Part shown: positions 13,943-28,833 of the stretch, piece after piece
Layout: each line of letters opens with the position of its first letter
How positions within the stretch are numbered: the stretch's first letter is position 1
Assembly: GCA_002269645.1 (NCBI GenBank)
Contig: NIVC01001189.1
Coordinates: 248,001-312,000 of the forward strand
Source: Macrostomum lignano
Lineage: Eukaryota
Length of the DNA stretch: 64,000 bases
Direction: 5' to 3'
Translations under genes and position numbers: made by a program
Notes under the pieces: model-generated
What the model was told of the DNA's origin: nothing
Seen by the model: only the letters and a program-made list of their open reading frames with translations
The model's database searches: none

Positions 13943-14571
13943 TTAATCATAGCAGATTCAAAGCCACTATTGCACAAACTAGTCCTTTTAAAAAAAGAAA
14001 GTCTAAAAGGCTTCTCTAAAAGTCTACACTTGACCTGTAATTTTAAAATAAGGCCCTGTAAATTATAAAAATACGTAACGTAGGTAATTTGAGTTGAAAA
14101 AATCATAGTGCGCGCATGCCAACAATGTACAGCAAATGACAGCTTTCAGAACACCAGGAATACGGAGTTGGATAACCGATTCAAATAGCAGAAATGGCTA
14201 AAAAGATACGTTTTAAATGGAAAATATACAGTAGTTGTAATATTAGTTAATTAATTTAATAAAAATTGCAAAGACCCTGGCTAACATGTACACACAGACT
14301 TTGTACAATATTACCGGTATTTAATTAAATATTACTACCTAGTAGTAAATGCGGTTTTAGCTGCCGCAGTTTACAATTAATTGACGCAAATTGTTAACAA
14401 ACGGAAAAATATATAGAACCACTGGGAAAAGTGCATAGATAAAAGTACACAAACAGAAAATAGCTACTCTTTGCATAACAAAGATTGCAGCTGTTAAATG
14501 TTTAATAAACACATTTAGGGTGGGAGGGGGGGTTAAAACACACCCGGCTGACAGACACTCCCGCACTCGGG

Positions 14572-16808
14572 TCACTCGGCGGCGGCGGCGGCCAGGCTGG
14601 GGTCAAGCGCCGCGCCGGGCCATTGAATCTGCGCCTGCATCAGCGCCTCCTGGATCTCCTTGACGCAGCGCACCCGATTTAGCCAGCGCTGCAGCTCGGC
14701 GGCTGGCAGGCCAACCAGCTGGCTGCCGGGGTCCTCAGAGCCGCCGCTGTACCACACGGCGTCTTCTGGGCCGGCGCGCCTGTCGGAGTGAAAAAAAGTA
14801 CACGATAAACTTTATAATAATGTGTGGAAATTAAGTAACACATTAGCATTATAATTTGGAGCACTTATATTATATATTATAGATTACTACATATATAGTA
14901 ATTTAGTATAGGTTTTGTAGGTTTTTTAAGATCAGGGGTTCGATTCTGGACCCACTCGGAACAATTTATTTTCTTGAGTAAGACAACTCTGCACTGCTTC
15001 AGTTCACCCAGCAGTAAAATGGGTGCCAGGATTAGCTGGAGTAATTGAGGGTGCGTGTGGCGACCCCCCAGTCCTTGGACTGAACAGCCTTGGACTCAGT
15101 TGCGGCTGAGCTGTCGGCTGCACCTCTGGCCCAATTAGGGCAGGTGTAAAAAATTTAATCATTAATTTAAGTAGTAGTAGTAGTAGTAGTCGTCGTAGTA
15201 GTAGTAGAAGAAGTAGTAAGTAGTAGTAGTAGAAGTAGTAAGTAGTAGCAGTAGTAGTAGTGGTAGTAGCAGTAGCAGCAGCACTCACCTGTCAGTAGGC
15301 AGGTAAAAGGGTTCGTCGCGCCCAGTAAGCAGGGGCCGCTTAGCCAAGTAGACCTGGAACAGACGAACCGGACACCTGGTGGGATCGGCCAGCTCGCCTA
15401 GCTCGTAGGTGATGCCAACAGCGTAGCCGGACCGGGGCGTGAAACGAAGAACGGCGCCGGCGCCGCCAGACGCCGGCGAGGCCAGAGCGAATTGGCCCAG
15501 GGTGAGCTCGGCGTGCTCCTGCACGGTGTGCAGGCCGACATAGCGGGTGAGAATGTAGAACAGAGAGAAGATCAGCGAGTCGGGGCTGTGACAGCCGAGC
15601 TGGCGGCACTCCCACAGGTGCTGCTCTTCGATACGGCAGACCAGAGTGCCGTCCTCGGTGACCCGAGCCGAGTACCGGTCCAGCACAGAGTCCAGCGCGG
15701 CGGCGAACTCAGCGAATGCCGGATCGCAGAAGATGTTCTCCTCCCTAGCCCGCTCGATAGCCAGGTGGCCCTGCAGGCCCAGGCACAGGTAATAGACTGA
15801 ATCGGCCGCGTATTCTTCACCGCTCGGCTTGCGAACTTCGCGCACAAACCTGGCCAGCGCGTCGGCTAAGGCGGAGGCCGGGGTCAAGTCGGCCGGGTCG
15901 GCGGGCGGCCCGGCGGTTCCCTCATCGCCAACCGAGCGGCTCCAGTTCTTCCAGGCCGTCAGGCCGTAGGAGAACTTTAGGCTGAGCTGCTGCTGCTGCT
16001 GACGGACCGGCCGTCTGGCCAGGGCCACCAAGCTGGCGGCGTCGTCGGCCAGACGGCGCTGAATCTCTACGAAGGAGGCGACGTCGTTGACCGCTGCGGC
16101 GGCCGAGGCCATCGAAGCGGTTTGGCTAGCAGCCGATGCTGGAGTCTGCAGCGCCAGATGAGGCGGCTGTTCGGGATCTGGCGACTCCAGTAGCAGGAAC
16201 ACGGGTATAGGCACCGGGATCGGGACGAACACCGGGACGGGCACCGGGTCCGGGGGCAGCGGCGCGGGCGCCGGGAAGTACAGCGGCAGCGGGCAGGGCA
16301 GCAGGCCCTTTGAGCCGTCACCGTACAGCGCCGCGTCCGGGTTGACGGCTGCCTGGACGCCGGCGTCCGAGAGTGTTGGTGCCGCCTGCAATCGGCGACT
16401 GACTGGCGAAGGCTGGCACTGCGTGATTTTGTTTCGCAATGGCAGCGGCGCTACAGGCTGAATAATGGCGTGCTGCTCAATGGCCAGCTGGCGGATCATC
16501 TCAATTGGCACCGTCGGGAACGTCGACGATCGGCTGCCGGTGCTCGAGCGCTGACTGGATCGCTGATTCGGCGCTGGAGCCGGCTGCTCCTGGCCGGCTG
16601 TCGAGGTCTCCGCCTCGCCGCCGCCACCTCCTACGCCGTTCACGCTGGCCAGCATGGACTCCTCGGTGACAACAGCAGCGTCGCCTCCAGCCGTTGCCGC
16701 CGCAGCCGCCTGCTCTTGCTGACGCTGGCGCTGAGGGGAGAACACAACTCGAACACTGTCCGATGACATGCCTTTGTCACGCTGTGCATCAATTGTGAGT
16801 GACGTCAT
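14572..16808 (-). CDS. ZMYM2/3/4-Woc/QRICH1-family protein with C-terminal DUF3504 domain, 575 aa, 2 coding exons
   Basis: Exons 16808-15289 and 14779-14572 (GT-AG, 1728 nt). Pro-rich PVPVPVFVPIPVPIP, LKFSYGLTAWKNW, FVREVRKPSGEEYAADSVYYLCLGLQ, ENIFCDP and terminal WY...LNRVRCVKEI are typical of ZMYM/DUF3504. No MYM zinc fingers are seen. Confidence 0.8.
15171..15283. repeat. Imperfect (AGT)n/(TAC)n microsatellite in the intron of the DUF3504 gene
   Basis: Run of agtagtagt... read directly. Confidence 0.9.
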
Positions 16809-17297
16809 AATGAGAGTTAACCTAGGCTAAACGGATGCCGCGGTGGAAGAAATCGAACCCGGGACCTAATTTGCCAACCTGAAAAAATAACTAGACAAGA
16901 AGAAACTAGGCAATTTCGAAACGCACTTTAAGTTTGTATATTTTCGAGCACAGACTCAAAGCAGCTGCTTAATGGACGCGGGAGGAAAACCTAAGATTTT
17001 TATATTATGAATAAAAGCCGCTGTTAACTAGCAGACTTGCTTTAATGTACACAGCATAAGATTATGGGTTTACAGTAGTCGAACTTCGAGCAACGCGTAA
17101 AAAATAATAATTAACGATAGTATAACTATGAATGACTAACTATAGCAACTAGTACAGCGAACAGATAAAATAATAAACAGTCATTAATTCACCGGCCGTC
17201 AGGATGTAATTAGACAGAATAAAAAAATAAACAGCTCGCTTGCAAAATATTAATGCATGATTTTATATTGTTTTAAGATGCGCGATTAACACTTGTT

Positions 17298-20097
<2,800 letters not shown>

Positions 20098-20179
20098 TCA
20101 AGTGTTGATATAATTTTAACAACAATTTGTTATTCTGGTTTGGTTTCCACTGTACACGATGATGCCCAAGACGTAAAAT

Positions 20180-21248
20180 AGGTAAAATAGGAGAGTAGCT
20201 TTCATTTTTCATTCTAAATGACTCTGGAGACTCCAGCGACTCTGGAGAGACTCTAGCGACTCTGGAGAGACTCTAGCGGCTCTGGAGAGACTCTAGCGAC
20301 TCTGGAGAGACTCTAGCGACTCTGAGGAGACTCTAGTGACTCTGGAGAGACTCTAGCGACTCTGGAGAGACTCTAGCGACTCTGAGGAGACTCTAGCGAC
20401 TCTGGAGAGACTCTAGCGACTCTGGAGAGACTCTAGCGACTCTGAGGAGACTCTAGCGACTCTGGAGAGACTCTAGCGACTCTGAGGAGACTCTAGCGAC
20501 TCTGGAGAGACTCTAGTGACTGTGAGGAGACTCTAGTGACTGTGGGGAGACTCTAGTGACAGTGGGGAAACTTTAGTGACTCTGGGGCGACTCTTAGTGA
20601 CTGTGGGGAGACTCTAGTGACTGTGGGGAGACTCTAGTGACTGTGGGGAGACTCTAGTGACTGTGGGGAGACTCTAGTGACTGTGGGGAGACTCTAGTGA
20701 CTGTGGGGAGACTCTAGTGACTGTGGGGAGACTCTAGTGACAGTGGGGAGACTCTAGTGACAGTGGGGAAACTTTAGTGACTCTGGGGCGACTCTTAGTG
20801 ACTGTGGGGAGACTCTAGTGACTGTGGGGAGACTCTAGTGACTGTGGGGAGACTCTAGTGACTGTGGGGAGACTCTAGTGACAGTGGGGAGACTCTAGTG
20901 ACTGTGGGGAAACTCTAGTGACTCTGGGGCGACTCTTAGTGACTGTGGGGAGACTCTAGTGACTGTGGGGAGACTCTAGTGACTCTGGGGCGACTTTAGT
21001 GACTGTGGGGAGACTCTAGTGACTGTGGGGAGACTTTAGTGACTGTAGGGAGACTTTAGTGACTGTGGGGAGACTCTAGTGACCCTGGGGAGACATCTAG
21101 TGACCCTGGGGCTTCTCTGGTGACTCTGGGGAGACACTAGTGACTTTGGGGAGACACGAGTGACTCTGGGGAGACATCTAGTGACCCTGGGGCTTCTCTA
21201 GTGACTCTGGGGAGACACTAGTGACTTTGGGGAGACACGAGTGACTCT
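20180..21248. repeat. 20-bp minisatellite between PSMC3 and RBBP4, with variant zones
   Basis: Units actctagcgactctggagag on the left grade into actctagtgactgtggggag and then gacactagtgactttgggga on the right. Confidence 0.92.
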
Positions 21249-22181
21249 ACAGCGCTTTTATAATGACTATGGGCCATAGAGTCGTATCTGAGGCGTACTA
21301 TAGTAGATGCAGAATTACCGAGTTGCGTCTAAAGCGCATCTGCGCCATTTTATGAATTCGAAACGCATTTCGTATTTATAACAACTATCATGATCAGTCT
21401 ACGTGACTCAACAGTCGCCTCTCCATCGGATTGCAGTCGGTTGAGTCGTTAAAAAGTCGCAAGAGTCGCTCCAGAGCCGCTAGGGTCACTAGTGGGTGGT
21501 TTGCAATGACTCTTTAGCAATTCTTGTCACGGTAACTTTTCAAAACTTATCATTGGTAGCTTGCCATTTCCGACTTTTAAACCCAAATAAATAAGGATTC
21601 CCTGTTTCTAATCTGTTTACTACATTATATTAAGAGAATTATTAAATAACAGCAAAGAGAAATGTAGGCAAATAATAATAGTTATAACGGACATACATTT
21701 CAGAATGTTTGCATGTCTTTTGTGTTTTGTTTGTTCACAAAAAATATTAAGCAGCCAGCAGCAAGCAACAGAAGAAAACTGTGGAAGGGCTCAGGGGATT
21801 TGGGTAGCGAGAGTTTTCATATCAGATTGAATAAAATAACAGGGGTCACTGGGCCCAGTGGCCTATTAGACAAATTGCTGGATAGTTAATGAATGCTGAT
21901 AAAGGAAAACACAGTACACTGTGAACTTTGAATAAACTATTTAGGTATAGTTTGCCAGCGACTTATTATAGTACTAAAAAAATCCTAAAGTTACACAGAC
22001 CTAATACTCTATACTCTATAAGAGAAAAACCTGTTGCTAACCCATTGCATTATAAACACATCCTGCTCAATTGAGTCGAAAAGTGCCCCACTGGCACTGG
22101 TTAAATTATTTTTTAGTTTAGTCATAAAAGATATCATTTAAAGAGCAAAAACGATAAATCAGGCAATCGGCAATCATCTCT

Positions 22182-25100
22182 TTAGGCATAATAGTTCAGG
22201 CTATTCTTCTTCTTAGCCTGAACCTCCAATATGGCGTCCATGTAGTCCTCGTGTGAGACCGTGGTAGCGCCGCGTCTCAGCGCCAGCATTCCGGCCTCAA
22301 CGCAGACCGCCTTGCACTGGGCCCCGTTGAAGTCGTCTGTACACCTGGCCAGCTCGTCGAAATTCACATCCGGCCGGACGTTCATCTTGCGCGAATGAAT
22401 CTGCATAATACGAGCTCGGGCCTCCTCGTTTGGGGCGGGGAATTCGATTTTGCGATCGAGCCGACCCGAACGGAGCAGGGCGGGATCGAGGATGTCGACG
22501 CGATTAGTGGCGGCAATCACTTTGATCTCCATATTCGGCTGGAAGCCGTCCAGCTGGTTGAGCAGCTCCAGCATGGTGCGTTGAACCTCGCGATCGCCGG
22601 ACTTCTCCGAGTCGAATCGTTTCGTACCGATGGCGTCCAGTTCGTCAATGAAGATGATGGCCGGCGCCTTCTCTTTGGCCAGGGAGAAGGCGTCACGGAC
22701 CAGCTTGGAACCGTCACCGATGAACATCTGCACCAGCTGGGGACCGGCCAGCTTTAGAAATGTGCTTTTGGTCTGCGCTGCGCAGGCTCGGGCTAGCAGA
22801 GTCTTGCCTGGGGGTGGCGGGGTTCGAATACTGGTGATCTGGGATCTACAGATACTGATGGGTGAGCTGGGATCTACAGATACTGATGGGTGATCTGGGA
22901 TCTATAGATACTGATGGGTGAGCTGGGATCTATAGATACTGATGGGTGAGCTGGGATCTACAGATACTGATGGGTGAGCTGGGATCTATAGATACTGATG
23001 GGTGAGCTGGGATCTATAGATACTGATGGGTGAGCTGGGATCTACAGATACTGATGGGTGAGCTGGGATCTATAGATACTGATGGGTGAGCTGGGATCTG
23101 TAGATACTGATGGGTGAGCTGGGATCTACAGATACTGATGGGTGAGCTGGGATCTATAGATAATGATCGGTGAGCTGGGATCTGTAGATACTGATGGGTG
23201 AGCTGGGATCTATAGATACTGATGGGTGAGCTGGGATCTGTAGATACTGATGGGTGAGCTGGGATCTATAGATACTGATGGGTGATCTGGGATCTACAGA
23301 TACTGATGGGTGATCTGGGATCTATAGATACTGATGGGTGAGCTGGGATCTATAGATACTGATGGGTGAGCTGGGATCTGTAGATACTGATGGGTGAGCT
23401 GGGATCTGTAGATACTGATGGGTGAGCTGGGATCTGTAGATACTGATGGGTGAGCTGGGATCTGTAGATACTGATGGGTGAGCTGGGATCTGTAGATACT
23501 GATCGGTGAGCTGGGATCTGTAGATACTGATGGGTGAGCTGGGATCTGTAGATACTGATCGGTGAGCTGGGATCTGTAGATACTGATGGGTGAGCTGGGA
23601 TCTACAGATACTGATGGGTGAGCTGGGATCTACAGATACTGATGGGTGAGCTGGGATCTGTAGATACTGATGGGTGAGCTGGGATCTGTAGATACTGATG
23701 GGTGATCTGGGATCTGTAGATACTGATCGGTGAGCTGGGATCTGTAGATACTGATGGGTGAGCTGGGATCTGTAGATACTGATGGGTGAGCTGGGATCTG
23801 TAGATACTGATCGGTGAGCTGGGATCTGTAGATACTGATGGGTGAGCTGGAATCTGTAGATACTGATGGGTGAGCTGGGATCTATAGATACTGATGGGTG
23901 AGCTGGGATCTACAGATACTGATGGGTGAGCTGGTATCTGTTGAGACTAGCTGTGATGATTTGGAATCTGTAGGGATTAATGGAGATTATCGAGAATCTC
24001 ATTCTAAATTAAAAAAACTATCTTAAAATGCAAAAAGCTACATTTACCAGTGCCAGGAGGTCCATAGAGCAAGACACCCTTCGGCGGCTGAATCCCAATT
24101 GACTTAAATCGCTCCTTGTGTGTCATTGGCAACACAACAGCCTCGATTAGTTCCTAAAAAATAGTACAATTCGTATTGATGACAGCTGAAGGAACTAACA
24201 GTTGAACTGCCGTGACTTCCCGTTCAGTCTCTACAGTTCGGTGCGCGCAATGGTTCAAGACTCAAGTCATTGTCTAGTTCTGAGCCTGGCTATCAAGCTT
24301 TGCAGCAGTTCCCATCCATAAAGCATTAATTAGTTATGCCTACCAGTTTGGTTGCCTGTCTTAGCATTTAGTGTCTGTGTCCGTCTGCGCATCTGCCTGA
24401 CTGTCTGTCTGTGTCTATATTTGCCTGTCTGTCTGTTTGCTTGTGTGCGTGTCTGTGTCTGTCTGTCTCTACCTGCTTGCCTGTCTGTCTGTGTGTGTGT
24501 GTGTGTGTCTGTATCTGCCTGTCTGTTTGTGTGCGTGTCTGTCTCTGTATCTGCCTGCCTGCCTGTCTGCCTGTTTGTCTGTTGAAATATACAGCTGATT
24601 AAACAACAATATACCTGAATTTGCTTATCCAGACCGCCGATATCGCTGTACTGCTCAGTTGGTCTCTCGTCCACCTCCATCGCCTTGACCCTAGAGTCGT
24701 ACTCAGCCGGCAGCTTCTCCAAGATGAGGAATGAATCCTTGTTAACGCCAACCAGATCGGCTGGTTTCAGTTCCTCCGGCGGCACTAGGCCGATAACGGG
24801 CAGGAAATAAGTCTGCCTAGTGCTAGTTTTAATCACGGCCGATTTGCCCTTGCGCTGCGAGTCCAAGTCAACATTGGCGCCGTCGGCCTCTTCGGCAGCG
24901 TCAATGTCCAGCAGTTCAATTACGTTGGACACTAAATAGGGCAGCTGTTTGTTTACTTTAATTTTTTCGGCATTCTCTTTGATCTTTTCCTTCTGAGCGC
25001 TGGTCTCGTGGCTAACCCTGGTCAACTCGGAGCGCATAATTCGTATTTCATTGTCTAGTAGCCGAGTTCGACGAACTATTTCGTCATTCGACATGCGCAG

Positions 25101-28100
25101 CACCTCGTCGCCAAGGTTGTCCTGTCCAGGGATTAAATATGGGCAGTCATTTTTGGTTTTATATTGTCAAAGGTTTTCAGCTGCCTTTTTTGTGTCAGAA
25201 TTGCAGTGCCTTTGGCATCCCAGGTCCAAACTCAGGACAGCGAATGGAAAACCAGAATGCCAGTTGGCATCAGTCAAAATAATCAAAATCAAATGAAATA
25301 TCTAACACCTACCCTATCATTTACACTCCTTTAGTTTGCAGACTTCTTGTTTACAGATTACTCAAATTTGATAATTGATAAAATTCTTAAAATCCTTATG
25401 ATTATACAATCATTGCTACATGTATTTATTCTTTGAAATTAAAATCATAATTTTTGGCAATAAAAAACCTAGATTTTAGCCCTATTGAAGTAAATTGAAA
25501 AAAGGCATAGATGTCTATTAAGCCTGCCAGTGAGCAGGCAAACTTTGATCTAAGGTATGCAGCTATATAGGATCACTGTATATAAGATTACTGGTTCAAT
25601 GGACAAATTACAAATAAATTATTTATCACCAACTGCTTGTGTGTTAACCAGCCCCAGCATGGTATACTACATATACTAAACTAAAATATACTAAAGCATA
25701 CTTTTTAAAAATAATTTTTAAACCTATTTTTTACAATATAGTATATGCAAGTTTTTATTTACCTTTTTTTGCAAAGATGTTGCAAGCCTTTAATATAGGT
25801 TGTCTTTTTTGTTTTTTTCATTTCTCTTTCTAATGATCAGTGACAGTCTTCTTGGCATATTTTTATGTGAAATATGTCTATTGGCATACATTGGCATATA
25901 GGACCTAGGGAAGCAAATTTCATTCTGGTGTATACTATAATACAATCCTATCACTAGTGTGTTAAAGTTAAACATTTGCTTGCAACCATGTGTTTCCTAT
26001 TCTTAAACAAATCATATAGACAGGAAAATGAAATTTTTGAACCAATTCAAATCAATTTTTATGTTTGATAAAATCTATTTGAATATTGACTAATATTGAA
26101 TATGGGTATATTAGTCAATAATATACCCACCTTACTACTTATCAATCTGACCAATAGGCCTACATCTTTCTTTTTATCCAATAAATGCCCTCAAGACCAA
26201 ATGGCCAACCCTACTCTTCCATGTTTTGAGAATTAGTTCCCCATACACCTATGCTCCATAAACTTGATTCTTTATGCTCCACTTTTCCTAAAGCCTTAAA
26301 GCCTCATAAAGCCTCAATTTAAGTATAATATGCTTGCAACTGCTCAAGCACCCAGCTGTTTCTCTTTAAGATATGCCACCTATTATCCCATCCTAAATTT
26401 TCTTTCTCATTTATAAACCATAATCCTTAAACTTGACTTGTCAACTCAAGAACTTTTTTCAAATATTTCTAAATATAAATGATCATTTAAAATTTTCTTT
26501 TCTTAGAATACATTAACAATAGCACAAAGATAAAGGGTTGCAATCAAAAAAGTCATTTGGCATGCTTAGCATGCACGAAAACAGTTGACTAAAAATGTTG
26601 GCATACTTGGTGTAAATTCATAGTAGCTTTGCTCATCTTTGATTCAGATATGCCTTTGCCACTTTCCTAAGCATAGGCTATTTGCCATGCATTTAGAGGA
26701 ATTTCTTTAGTGCTAGCTTCATCTTATCAATGCTTTTGGCCACATTATATACTAGATTGCCTATTATTACCTTTGCTAGGTTTTGACATAAATAGAGATA
26801 TTCCAAACTTTTGATTTTAATTTTCCAAATTTTGTAATATTTAGGAGCAAATTTTGATTTCAAAAAATTTCAGAAGTCCAAATTTTAAAAGTGTCTAGTT
26901 GTGAAATTTTTTATCTAATTTTAATATTCTTAGAAGTTTGTTACTGTGTTGAATCAGTGATATTTTTATACTTTTTAAAAAGTATTTAGATTTATTAAAA
27001 CTGTTTTATAAATATAGCATATTTGCAGAAATGTAGTAAGTTTTTGTAAATTTTGCAGAACTTAACTGTAAAGGCATTTGCTATTATATTGTGTATTTTG
27101 TGCATATTATGTCAGTACAGATACATATACAGTTTATACAATTATGTGTTATTGCTATTCAGTAATATAATGTACATGTATATTAACCTACTAGCTTACA
27201 TTGAGTGATATTACATGTATATATAAAAGATACAAGAGAGACAGACAAAGGCACTATGCATAAAGATAAGTATATACAATGATAGTATACAGTGCCAAGT
27301 CCCAAGGGGTAACTATAGATTTTATAGTTTTTGCAGTGAAAAAGTATTTGAATTCAAAAGAACAATCAGAACTCTATATATCTAGTGACTAATTTATCCC
27401 ATATGCATATAGGCCTATATTTTGTTTTGCATTAGCAGTAAATAAAAAATAAAAAAATGAATGTTGCTCATGCTAAATTTGTTTTTTTGAATTTTGATTT
27501 AGGAAAATTTCAATTTTATTTTCAATTTTGATTTTAGAAAGTAGTGAATTTTGATTTCAATTTCAATTTTGAAAAAAAAAACTTTTAGAATACCTCTAGA
27601 TGCAAATCTTGACACTCATTGTATCATTGTTTCTAATTACTTGTTTCATTGTTTACCAGGTTTGTGTACTAATCTGAAATTAAAAACTTTGAAATTTCAA
27701 ATTGTTAAGAACTGTTATGAATTTCTGGATAGAAAAAAATTATTTTATTGTTTCAATAGATTGGGGTACGTCCAAAAATGCTAAAATCAGCTTCTTAAGT
27801 GAAGAAAATGTAAAAAACATTGAAAAAATACTTTCACAAACAATTTAGGAAGAATACCAAAAGGCAAAACTTTAAGCCTAGTTATGCCTAGTTATATTAA
27901 TAGGCCTAATACAATTGAATTAATTCCATCCAAGCCTTGACATCTTAGAAATCCCCCCAAGCCTTGAAATTACAGCAATTCTCTCAGTAAGCCTTCACAT
28001 TGCAGGATTTCCCCCAGAAAGATGCCAATTAGTTGAGTGTAGTGTACTCTAGTCTAGGCTAGCCAAGCATGATGATGCATCAAACAAACATAATTATTCC

Positions 28101-28162
28101 AGAAATTTTACCTCAGCATTTTGTTCATTCCAAATAGCAGTGCTAGGTTTTGTAGCCGTCAT
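22182..28162 (-). CDS. PSMC3: 26S proteasome AAA-ATPase subunit Rpt5 (regulatory subunit 6A), 429 aa, 4 coding exons
   Basis: Exons 28162-28112, 25121-24615, 24153-24048 and 22807-22182 are all GT-AG and total 1290 nt in frame. Walker A GPPGTGKT is split across exons 3/4; Walker B IIFIDELD; C-terminal LNYYA (HbYX). Confidence 0.95.
22833..23940. repeat. 28-bp minisatellite in PSMC3 intron 3 (~39 copies)
   Basis: Unit gagctgggatctgtagatactgatgggt. Confidence 0.97.
24355..24585. repeat. (GTCT/GT)n low-complexity tract in PSMC3 intron 2
   Basis: Direct reading. Confidence 0.85.
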
Positions 28163-28833
28163 TTTGTTTGATGAAGATGTGTTTAGAATATAGTTTATTA
28201 TTCTTAGAACTAGAAGCTAGTTACTAGTTTCAGATCTATAGACTATAGTATTAAAAGTCTTAGTAGTATACTATATCTATATCGCCTAACTAATCAATCA
28301 AGAAATTTGAAAAAAAAGAAAGACAGCAAAAATACACTCGGTTATCAAAACAGGATAAATTAACAGACTTTATTCAGTTCAGTGTAATTCAGCGCAAAAA
28401 TTTGTGGAAAATGTGTGCATGTGAATTATAATTACGGACCAACGAACATTTAAACAGCGATTAAGCTAGATTAACAAATATTTCAGCTTTTCGCAAAACG
28501 TCGCAAATCACGCTAAAACATTGATCAACATTCGAAAAAAATATTCAACTTTATTAATAAATAAATCCTAATGCCTGTCTTGAAGATAAAAATTACATAT
28601 TTTTAAATTGAGTGAAAATTCAATAATCTCCGCGTAACTCGGGCGGCCGGCGCACGCGATATGCTGCAGTCAAGGTCAGGATAATCAGGCTCTCCACGTT
28701 TAAAAGTGTGTTAGAATGATTCTACTTTAGTTTAAATACGTATAGTGACGTTAGACAAAAAATTTTCTTGTGTTTAGAAAAAATATATATTAGTAGACTT
28801 AAGCGCAGCAGCTAACATTAGTAACAAAGAGCC
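28163..28833. promoter_or_regulatory. Putative bidirectional promoter region between PSMC3 (-) and AP3M1 (+)
   Basis: The two start codons face away from each other 671 bp apart. A short GC/CpG-rich patch (ccgcgtaactcgggcggccggcgcacgcg, ~28630-28660) sits in AT-rich DNA. Confidence 0.55.

Noticed and set aside
24330-24614. C-terminal extension of the PSMC3 ORF ([11 protein letters not shown]...)
   Set aside because: This is read-through into intron 2 after the donor at 24614; the true frame continues at 24153.
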